Part shown: one piece after another, positions 56,044 to 64,000 of the stretch
How positions within the stretch are numbered: the stretch's first letter is position 1
How the letters are laid out: the number at the start of each line of letters is the position of its first letter
Assembly (NCBI GenBank): GCA_963701095.1
Contig: OY969564.1
Span: 1,984,001 to 2,048,000, forward strand
DNA length: 64,000 nucleotides
Reading direction: 5' to 3'
From: an uncultured Methanoregulaceae archaeon
Lineage (GTDB): Archaea; Halobacteriota; Methanomicrobia; Methanomicrobiales; Methanospirillaceae
Translations under genes and position numbers: made by a program
Notes under the pieces: generated by a model
The model's database searches: none
Seen by the model: only the letters and a program-made list of their open reading frames with translations
Told to the model about the DNA's origin: nothing

Positions 56044-57060
56044 ATGGAGAAATCTCAGAAGAAATGGTTGTTTGTTTCCATCGGTTTCTCTCTAGCAGTA
56101 TTGATCATTATCCTGTTCCTGACCATTAACGTAAATACCCTTCAATATCTCAAAAATATCAATCCCTGGTTTCTACTGCTGGCATTCCTCACGCATATTC
56201 TGACAATGTGTTTCTGGGCAATGCGGGTTAAGAAGATGTCCGGATCGCTGGGTTATCCGATCAAATTTTTATATTCATTAAATCTGGTGTTCGCTAACCT
56301 TCTCGCTGCGGCAATCACTCCTGCCCAGGCAGGCGGAGAACCGGTCCGGGTACATGAGCTTTATAAAGCAAATGTCCCGCTTGGAGATGCAACGGCAATC
56401 GTTATCATGGAGCGGGTGCTGGATGGAATCGCCCTTGCAGGTCTTGCTGCAGTCGCAATGTTTGCTCTTTCTGAGGAATGGCAGAGTCTGGGGGCAATTT
56501 CGGCTGTTATGGTCTATGTTACGTGGTTTTTTGTGGCCGGCTGTCTCTTCCTGTTCTATCTCGCCATACGTCGTCCTGATGTAATGAAGAGGATCGCAGA
56601 CAGGATTGCACGGTTCTTTACCCGCAAATGGGAACCCATCAAAGTTCAAAAAACACTCGAACGTATTGATCTTGAAATTGCAAACTTCCATGCAGCAGTG
56701 TTGAGGTTTGTGCGGACAGCAAAGTCCGGGCTGATATGGGGGATGGTGTTCACCGTGCTCTACTGGGTTTCGGAGATTGTTACTGCATCCCTTATTCTTA
56801 TGGGTCTCGGGCAACCTCCACTCTTTTTTGAATCGTTTGTGATCCAGCTCATTCTTGCCATCTTAATGATGCTCCCCCTCACTCCAGGCAGCTCCGGAAT
56901 CGCAGAGGTCGGGGCTACCTCGATGTATGCCTTGTTCATTCCTGGTGCAATAGTCGGTGTATTCGTTGTTGTCTGGCGGGTTGTGCTGTATTACTTCAAT
57001 ATTGCCCTTGGCATTATCTCAAGTCTCATTATAGTGAGGCGTGAATCGGGAAACCTCTAA
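56044..57060 (+). CDS. Flippase-like UPF0104 membrane protein
   Basis: ITPAQAGGEPVR, ERVLD, PLTPGSSGIAE, WR...YY; multiple TM helices. Confidence 0.88.
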   Translation: MEKSQKKWLFVSIGFSLAVLIIILFLTINVNTLQYLKNINPWFLLLAFLTHILTMCFWAMRVKKMSGSLGYPIKFLYSLNLVFANLLAAAITPAQAGGEPVRVHELYKANVPLGDATAIVIMERVLDGIALAGLAAVAMFALSEEWQSLGAISAVMVYVTWFFVAGCLFLFYLAIRRPDVMKRIADRIARFFTRKWEPIKVQKTLERIDLEIANFHAAVLRFVRTAKSGLIWGMVFTVLYWVSEIVTASLILMGLGQPPLFFESFVIQLILAILMMLPLTPGSSGIAEVGATSMYALFIPGAIVGVFVVVWRVVLYYFNIALGIISSLIIVRRESGNL

Positions 57061-57129
57061 AGGGAACATACCTTCCGTGCACCGATCTCAACTCTTATGT
57101 AAGGGTAGAGTAATTTCTCTTCACCTATA

Positions 57130-57579
57130 ATGCTGCAGATAAAGTGCGCTGTCAAAGGAGTGTTTATTGCCGTAAATGAAGCGTCTGCGATACCTGCAGT
57201 TGTACTGACCGATGATCAGGGACGGATGCTGCCAATCTTTGTTGGCCTTTGGGAAGCTATCTCCATAAACAGCGCACAGAATAATGAGGTACCGCCACGT
57301 CCGCTAACCCACGATCTGTTTCTGGAGCTCATGGCACAGTATTCTATAACGGTATGTTCCATGAGCATCGATAGTATTGACGAGGGTATTTATTATGCTC
57401 ATCTGGTACTCTCGTCCAGTGGTCATGAGGATTGTCTTGACTGCAGGCCAAGCGATGGAATTGCAATTGCTCTACGTGCAAATGCGCCTATCTTTGCAGG
57501 TGAAGATATACTCGCCTCCGGAACAACTAATGTCAATGTCTCCGAAATGGTCGCGCTCTCAACGTTCCTTCGATCGTAA
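57130..57579 (+). CDS. Bifunctional nuclease family (DUF151)
   Basis: LPIFVG..EA.SI, PRPLTHDL, DCRPSDGIAIALR. Confidence 0.9.
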   Translation: MLQIKCAVKGVFIAVNEASAIPAVVLTDDQGRMLPIFVGLWEAISINSAQNNEVPPRPLTHDLFLELMAQYSITVCSMSIDSIDEGIYYAHLVLSSSGHEDCLDCRPSDGIAIALRANAPIFAGEDILASGTTNVNVSEMVALSTFLRS

Positions 57580-57614
57580 GAAAGAACGATATGCGCAATG
57601 AAACGGTCGGATAA

Positions 57615-57929
57615 TTATTTTCGCCGGCGCTCAAGTTCGTGTATGACTTCTTTAAAATCAACATTTGCAGCCCGGAGCGCGACAAGGATATGGAAAAAAA
57701 GATCAGCTGCCTCTTCAGTTGTCCGTTCAGGTACTCCGTTTTTTATGGCTATAATAAACTCAGTGGCCTCCTCTCCAACTTTCTCGAGAACCTTGTCGAT
57801 TCCCTTTTTATCTCGAAGCAGTCGGCTTGTATATGAATTCTCGTCAGGATGTGCTGCACGCTCGCATATGACTTCCCAGAGCTCGCCGATCACCCGGGGA
57901 TCAGTTGTGGATTTACCCGTGTCCTTCAT
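57615..57929 (-). CDS. hisE: Phosphoribosyl-ATP diphosphatase
   Basis: SYTSRLL, KVGEEATE, EAADLFFH, ELERR. Confidence 0.94.
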   Translation of the reverse strand: MKDTGKSTTDPRVIGELWEVICERAAHPDENSYTSRLLRDKKGIDKVLEKVGEEATEFIIAIKNGVPERTTEEAADLFFHILVALRAANVDFKEVIHELERRRK

Positions 57930-58369
57930 GCTTCCTCCTGTGCGAGAAGAACCTCCCCGATTTCAAGGCCACAGAAACGCCGGCAAAGTATGCGCGCCTT
58001 CTCGATATTACACCCTGCTTTACCGATCGCAATGCCAAGATCACTTTTTTTCTTCACCAGCACATTGACAGGGCTGTCGTCAGCGCCGTGTTCGATATTG
58101 ATGACTGCTGCAGGTTTGAAAATGTTGGTTATAAAAATCTCCGGATCCTCGGCGTACTCAACCATTTCGATGCGTCGACCAAGCACGTTCTGGAGGCGCT
58201 TGATATTATCGCCCTTTTTCCCAATCGCGAGCCCCATGTCTCCTTGCCGGATAACATAGATTACCCGGTCGAACCTGTCATCTATTACACAATCCAGAGC
58301 CGTTGCACGGGTAAGAATCCGCAGTTCCTCTATGTACCTTCGCTCTTTAAAGCCAATATTGCGTTCCAT
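57926..58369 (-). CDS. nusA: Archaeal NusA (two KH domains)
   Basis: GLAIGKKGDNIK and GIAIGKAGCNIE KH motifs. Confidence 0.92.
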   Translation of the reverse strand: MERNIGFKERRYIEELRILTRATALDCVIDDRFDRVIYVIRQGDMGLAIGKKGDNIKRLQNVLGRRIEMVEYAEDPEIFITNIFKPAAVINIEHGADDSPVNVLVKKKSDLGIAIGKAGCNIEKARILCRRFCGLEIGEVLLAQEEA

Positions 58370-58528
58370 TTTAAAATCATCCTATTGTATCCGTAATTTT
58401 TCCGGTATTCGATACTTGGATATAGGTAGGTCCGGTAAGCCGGATTTGTGTTTGCTGGATTAAGAAGATATCAGACATTGCTAATGTAAAAAAGTTTTGA
58501 CATAAATTAAAGGGAATCTGATGGGGTA

Positions 58529-59260
58529 TCAGCTGATTATATAGGTTACCGACACCTGAGCTGTCACCGTTACATCCCCGGATTGGATCGGCGTTGGGGC
58601 AGTAGCCATTTTTCCCGAAGCTGCGGCTGCAGTGTCGTAACTACCATACACCACCGGCGTATACCCCTGGCTGACGTCTGCAGACTGTGTCCCGGTTATA
58701 GTTGCATTGAGTGCTGAGGCAACTGTATCTGCGTCAGCTCTTGCGTTCGCAATCGCCTGGGTCAAAGCCTGGCTTCTCAGCACCTGAGTCTGCTGGTCAG
58801 AGAGCATAAACTGGATGGAGTTTACCTGGTTTACTCCAGCGCCAACTGCCGCGTCGATAATCTGGCCGGTCTCGTTGGTGTCGTTGAGCGTAACCAGAAG
58901 GGTGTTTGTCACCTGATAACTTTTAATTGTCCCTGAGAGAATGCCGTTACTGTCCTGCTGGTAGACCGGGGTTATGGTGTATCCGGTCGTTTTCATCTGG
59001 TTACCAGGAACACCGGCAGCACCCAAAGTCATAACGATATTATTCATTGCCTGTGAATTGTCCGACTGGGCGATGTTGACATCTGCATTTTCAGACTCTA
59101 CTGCCAGGTTTATCTGAACGCGGTCCGGGGTCCCCGTAACCGTGCCAGTGCCGGTGACTTGAAGGGTATGATCAGTATTTACATCCGAAGCTGACACGCA
59201 GCCGATAAGTGCCATGGCAAGAACGACCATGGCCAAGGTAAGCACTGCTGTTTTGCTCAT
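58529..59260 (-). CDS. SIMPL/DUF541 exported protein
   Basis: Signal peptide, VTGTG.V...PD, IIDAAV.AG.N, AL..A...A...A. Confidence 0.88.
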   Translation of the reverse strand: MSKTAVLTLAMVVLAMALIGCVSASDVNTDHTLQVTGTGTVTGTPDRVQINLAVESENADVNIAQSDNSQAMNNIVMTLGAAGVPGNQMKTTGYTITPVYQQDSNGILSGTIKSYQVTNTLLVTLNDTNETGQIIDAAVGAGVNQVNSIQFMLSDQQTQVLRSQALTQAIANARADADTVASALNATITGTQSADVSQGYTPVVYGSYDTAAAASGKMATAPTPIQSGDVTVTAQVSVTYIIS

Positions 59261-59417
59261 ACTATTACCGGGCAATCATTAGAGATCAGGGAGATTAAAG
59301 ATTGCCTTGACTAAGAAAAAATTTGAAGTCACATGTTTTTGCCCGGACAACCCTACAGGAATTTGCAAAGCCCCAAAGTACAAGTGCTGACAATACACAT
59401 TGTACAGACGATAGAGC

Positions 59418-60668
59418 ATGGGATCAACAATCGTCGAGAAAATATTCTCATGGAAATGTGGTAGCGATATCAGTGCAGGCGAAGTGGTCATGACACCTCT
59501 TGACGGGGCAATGATCCACGATATTACCGGCCCGCTCGCCATTCAGAAGTTCCATGAGATGGGGGGGAACATGTCTTTGATCCGAAACGTGTCATCATGC
59601 TCTTTGACCACCAGATACCTGCAGATTCGCTGGATGCGGCAAAAAACCATGTATTTATGCGTAAATTTGCCAAAGAACAGGGAATTCACAACTACGATAT
59701 CAATGAAGGGGTCTGCCACCAGGTAGTCCTGGAAAAGGGACTGGCTGCACCGGGGGAGATCGTTGTAGGTGCCGATTCCCATACCTGCATGTACGGCGCC
59801 GTTGGAGCATTTGCTACTGGCATAGGCTCAACTGATATGGGATTTGCCCTGAAGTTTGGTGCTCTCTACTTCAAAGTACCGGAGACTATTCAGGCAAAGG
59901 TTTCGGGAAAATTTCCAAAACGAGTCGGGGCAAAGGATTTGATTCTTGCTATTGCAGCCGATATTGGGGCCGACGGGGCGACATACAAAGCGATCGAATT
60001 TACCGGCAAAACCATAACAAAAATGGACATGGCAGGACGGATGACCTGCTGTAATATGGCCATCGAAATGGGTGCAAAAGCCGGGATCGTCCCACCAGAT
60101 AAGATCACATGGGATTATATGAAAGGTCGCAGGAAGATGAAACCCTTTGATCTAGAAAGTGATGATGACGCGACGTTTGCGGAGAAGCGGGAATACGAGG
60201 TCTCGGATCTTGAGCCACAGGTTGCGGTTCCCCATAATGTTGATCAGGGTGTGCCTGTAAGCAAGGTCCAAGGGACGCACATTGATCAGGTTTTCATCGG
60301 CTCCTGCACGAACGGACGGTACGAAGATCTTGCCGAAGCTTCGAAGGTACTCTGGCAAAAAGAAGTTTGATCCGAATACGCGTGTGCTCATAATTCCAGC
60401 TTCACGGGAAGAATATCTCAAAGCATTGGAACATGGACTTATCGAACGATTCGTAAAGGCCGGTGCTCTTGTCGAAGCCCCGTGCTGCGGGCCCTGTATG
60501 GGGGGATCATTTGGTCTTCTCGCACCCGGGGAGATCTGCCTCTCAACGTCAAACCGGAATTTCAGGGGGCGTCAGGGAAGTACTGAGGCTGCAGTCTATC
60601 TCTCATCAGCGGCAACGGCGGCTGCAAGCGCGATAAAAGGTGAGATTACCGATCCCCGCGAGGTGTGA
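59418..60668 (+). CDS. leuC: 3-isopropylmalate dehydratase/homoaconitase large subunit; frameshifts near 59565 and 60355
   Basis: [60 protein letters not shown]. Confidence 0.9.
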
Positions 60669-60670
60669 CA

Positions 60671-61168
60671 ATGAGAACATGGAAATTCGGTGATAATATC
60701 GACACTGATGCGATTATACCTGGACGTTTCCTGACAATATATGATCCAAAGGAACTGTCAAAACATGCCTTTGAAGGTACTCGTGACGAGTTTGCAGGAG
60801 AAGTCAGGGAAGGGGACGTTGTTGTCGCCGGAAAAAATTTCGGATGCGGCTCTTCACGCGAACATGCACCATTGGCGCTTCTTGGCGGAGGCGTGCACAT
60901 TGTTATGGCGCAATCTTTTGCCCGCATTTTCTTTCGGAATGCCGTTAATGTCGGGGTGCTCCCGGTAGTGTGCCATGAGGCGGATAAGATCGCCGATGGT
61001 GTAAAGATAAAAATCGATCTCAAAAGGGGATACGCTGAAGTAGAAAACCGAAAACTTGCTATAGAGCCAGTTCCGCCATTCATGCAGGGGATCATCGATG
61101 CTGGCGGTTTGGTAGACTATGCAAAGAGCTTAAAGGAGGCTCCGGTATGTACAAAGTTGCAGCGATAG
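60671..61168 (+). CDS. leuD: 3-isopropylmalate dehydratase small subunit
   Basis: FGDNIDTDAIIPG, NFGCGSSREHA, SFARIFFRN. Confidence 0.92.
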   Translation: MRTWKFGDNIDTDAIIPGRFLTIYDPKELSKHAFEGTRDEFAGEVREGDVVVAGKNFGCGSSREHAPLALLGGGVHIVMAQSFARIFFRNAVNVGVLPVVCHEADKIADGVKIKIDLKRGYAEVENRKLAIEPVPPFMQGIIDAGGLVDYAKSLKEAPVCTKLQR

Positions 61169-62263
61169 GAGGAGATGGAATAGGGCCAGAAATCATAGCT
61201 GAAGGAAAGAAAGTACTCAGAAGCCGCCGGCGAGCGGTTCAACTTTGAGATTTCCTGGACAGATTTTGATATCGGCGCTGAACGGTACCTTGCTACAAAG
61301 GATCTATTAACAGACGAGGACCTTGCAGAACTCAGGAAATTTAAGGCTATTTATTTTGGCTCTATTGGCGATCCCCGTGTCCAGCCGGGGGTTCTCGAAA
61401 AAGGAATTTTGCTTGCGATCCGGTTCTCTTTTGACCAATACGTAAACCTGAGACCTATCAAATTGCTCGAAGGTGTTGAAACACCACTGGCCAACAAGAC
61501 GCCAAAAGACATCGACTTTGTCGTCGTGAGGGAAAATACAGAGGATTTTTACGTTGGGATCGGTTCGCGCTTCAAAAAACACCAGAAAACCGAGCTGGAA
61601 GTTATTCGTGATCTTTATAGCGTTAAGTTTGGCCTTGATATCGAAAGTGATGCCGAAGAAATCGCCTATCAGATTGGGGTGATAACCCGGGAAGGTGCCC
61701 GGCGGGTTCAGATCTATGCCTTTGATCTTGCAGAGAAAAGAAGGAAAAAACTTACCTCTGTTGACAAGGCAAATGTTCTCTCCGATGTATACGGACTTTG
61801 GCGTGATGTGTTTAGTGAAACGGCTAAGAAATATCCCGGTGTCTCAACGGAGTTCAGCTTCGTGGATGCCATTACAATGTGGTTTGTGAAAAACCCTGAG
61901 TGGTTCGATGTGGTTGTCACTCCCAATATGTTCGGCGATATCATTACCGATCTTGGGGCAATGATCCAAGGTGGACTCGGACTAACTCCGGGCGGCAATA
62001 TCAATCCTAAAGGGACATCGATGTTCGAGCCGATCCATGGATCGGCGCCAAAATACAAGGGTATGGATGTGGCAAATCCGATTGCAACCATTTGGGCCGG
62101 TTCACTTCTCCTAGACCACCTGGGCGAACACGAAGCTGCTGCGGCCGTAGTTTCTGCCATAGAAAAAAGCATAAAGGACGGTGTAGTTACAAAAGATCTT
62201 GGCGGGACTGCTGGAACTGCACGTGCAGGGAGCTATATCTCTGAATGTGTGCGCAGAGAGTAA
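61147..62263 (+). CDS. leuB: 3-isopropylmalate dehydrogenase; frameshift near 61219
   Basis: [50 protein letters not shown]. Confidence 0.9.
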
Positions 62264-62291
62264 TCCCCATTTCAGCTGTTTTTAATGCCGT

Positions 62292-62990
62292 ATGGAACTC
62301 CATCCTGATCGAAAAAATAATACCGGGATCACCGTTGATACCCTTATCAGAGAGATTAACAGGCAGGGGAAAACCCCAATCTGCGTTGGAATCGATCTCA
62401 CCGGGTCGGAACGACGGGCATCCGGAATGTGCATATTAAATGGACGGAGTGCCAGTCTTTTCCTTGCCCATAGTGATGATGAGATTCTCAGGATAATTGA
62501 TACAGCAGGCGCAGGCTTGGTCTCTATTGATTCGTCGCTTGGACTCCCCGCTGGGAGATGTTGTGTTGAGGATTCCTGCGAATGCAGAAAGTATGGGATT
62601 ATGCGGGAATGCGAACGTATTCTCAGAAAACGGGGCATTAGAATATACCCAACCCTGATAAAAAGCATGCAGCAACTGACAATGCGGGGAATGCGGCTTG
62701 CTGGGATCATCAGGGATCAGGGATACGAAATTATTGAAAGTTATCCGGGTGGGACACAGGACATCCTGAACATCCCCCGGAAAAAAACTGAACCATTCCG
62801 TCTTAAGTCAGGACTCTCGGATATAGGATTTACCATTTATGCTGAACATGAAAGGATTACTCACGATGAGCTCGATGCTCTTACCTCTGCCTTGGTCGGG
62901 TATTTTTATCTTTCAGGCTGGTACGAGGCTGTGGGAAACCCTTCTGAAGGATTCCTGATTCTTCCAGATCTATCCTCTGTCGATAGATGA
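62292..62990 (+). CDS. DUF429 (RNase H-fold predicted nuclease)
   Basis: GIDL.G, SIDSSL..P, RECER.L, IESYPGG, DELDA. Confidence 0.8.
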   Translation: MELHPDRKNNTGITVDTLIREINRQGKTPICVGIDLTGSERRASGMCILNGRSASLFLAHSDDEILRIIDTAGAGLVSIDSSLGLPAGRCCVEDSCECRKYGIMRECERILRKRGIRIYPTLIKSMQQLTMRGMRLAGIIRDQGYEIIESYPGGTQDILNIPRKKTEPFRLKSGLSDIGFTIYAEHERITHDELDALTSALVGYFYLSGWYEAVGNPSEGFLILPDLSSVDR

Positions 62991-63086
62991 AAAGGAAGTT
63001 TGGTAGAACTCAGAGCTCTGGTGGATGTCTAAAATTCGAATAAAAACTATGTTAAGAAGTGCAAAATAAAAAGAAAATTACAGCGT

Positions 63087-63998
63087 CTATTTTAGTACAT
63101 CCGGTATATCAAGGGAAATATCCCCGTCATCTTCCGTTTTTTTGGGGAAAAACAGGGATTTAAGGGTAGAAAACGGTCCTTGCCCCTCATTTACCGTTTG
63201 ATCACCCCTCCTTTTTTTCATACCCGCATAATTTTTCAGGAGAATTTCAGCCTCTATAAGACCTGCTTCGACTTTTTTCTTTTCCGTGACATCTATGATG
63301 TAACCGGCAATTGCGACTGTGTTTTTATTCTTTATTATGGGAATTTCGTTAACTTCCACCCAGACCTTAGTATCACTACGACCCTTAAACTCCAGTCGGT
63401 AAGGAGGTTCTCTCCTGCCGGAAGAGATAGCTTTGAGGGTCCTTTCCAGTCCTTTCGCATTAATCGGATTGTCGGTCAGATAATCGGTCCAAAGTCGTTT
63501 ACCTGACAATGGAACCTTCCCGAGAAGCACCCGTAACCGGGGACTTACATAATTCAGGGCGTGATCGGTGCCGTGAGTAAAATACATCTCTTTTCCGCTT
63601 TCGAGAAGTAGCATCAGTTCAGCGTCCCGCTTCATGAGGGCGTGGTGCTCTCTTTTGAGTCGCGTGATATCCCGCCCAGTAGCAATTATTGAGTTTACCT
63701 TACCGTCACCGTCGGTGACCGATCGTGCTGACCAGCTAATACAAAGTGAACCCTGCGGTGATGAAATCCATTGTTCAACCTGACAGGTATGGGGGGGTCT
63801 GAAGAGCTTGGTCATCTGGGTTGCCATTACTTCAGAATACCGCTGATCGGTAGCTGGCATAAAAATACTCCCGGTCAATTCCTCCTTAGTTTTTCCCACG
63901 ATATGGCAATACGCCGGATTGACAAACAGAAGGCGTCCCTCAGGACTGAACTTTACCAGCATATCCTGTTGGTGTTCCACGAGTTCTTTGTATGGGGA
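63087..63998 (-). CDS. PAS-domain sensor protein (5'-truncated by window edge)
   Basis: Two PAS/PAC units (FVNPAYC...G....EL.G; ATGRDIT; YVSP; GYIIDVTE). Confidence 0.85.
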   Translation of the reverse strand, partial: SPYKELVEHQQDMLVKFSPEGRLLFVNPAYCHIVGKTKEELTGSIFMPATDQRYSEVMATQMTKLFRPPHTCQVEQWISSPQGSLCISWSARSVTDGDGKVNSIIATGRDITRLKREHHALMKRDAELMLLLESGKEMYFTHGTDHALNYVSPRLRVLLGKVPLSGKRLWTDYLTDNPINAKGLERTLKAISSGRREPPYRLEFKGRSDTKVWVEVNEIPIIKNKNTVAIAGYIIDVTEKKKVEAGLIEAEILLKNYAGMKKRRGDQTVNEGQGPFSTLKSLFFPKKTEDDGDISLDIPDVLK

Positions 63999-64000
63999 AT

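Overview
64-kb chromosomal window from a hydrogenotrophic methanogenic archaeon, most consistent with Methanomicrobiales (Methanoregula-like). The evidence is TfuA/YcaO, methanogenesis marker 8, SepCysS, coenzyme F390 synthetase, Dph5, archaeal NusA and TATA-box promoters; the taxonomy is an inference. Housekeeping blocks (his/pyr/gua/arg at the left; uppS/dph5/hisE/leu at the right) flank two accessory regions. (1) About 13.9-35.8 kb is a sulfur/cysteine cluster: ycaO-tfuA, cysK-cysE(DUF59 fusion), tRNA-Cys(A37)+cysS, a small HTH regulator, tRNA-Cys(G37)+SepCysS-metY-metX-thiI, a PAPS-reductase-like/cysteine desulfurase fusion, and thiM-thiE. A palindrome, TTCACAATTGT(G/T)AA, recurs at three promoters there, suggesting an HTH-controlled cysteine regulon. 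The two Cys-tRNA routes each sit beside their own tRNA-Cys gene. (2) About 35.9-48.8 kb holds a GAPDH remnant, ppsA, a complete archaeal NHEJ locus (Pol, Ku, Lig-PE; possibly a Pol-Ku fusion), EVE, HEAT, PEBP, ATP-cone and B12-binding proteins and F390 synthetase, ending at tRNA-Thr. An orphan BrxD-like ATPase coupled to a TPR protein lies at 1.2-4.3 kb. More than a dozen single-base frameshifts, including in core genes, indicate probable long-read assembly errors, so single-base claims need read-level checks. No CRISPR array, rRNA, integrase or transposase was seen. Family assignments are from motif recognition, not database searches.
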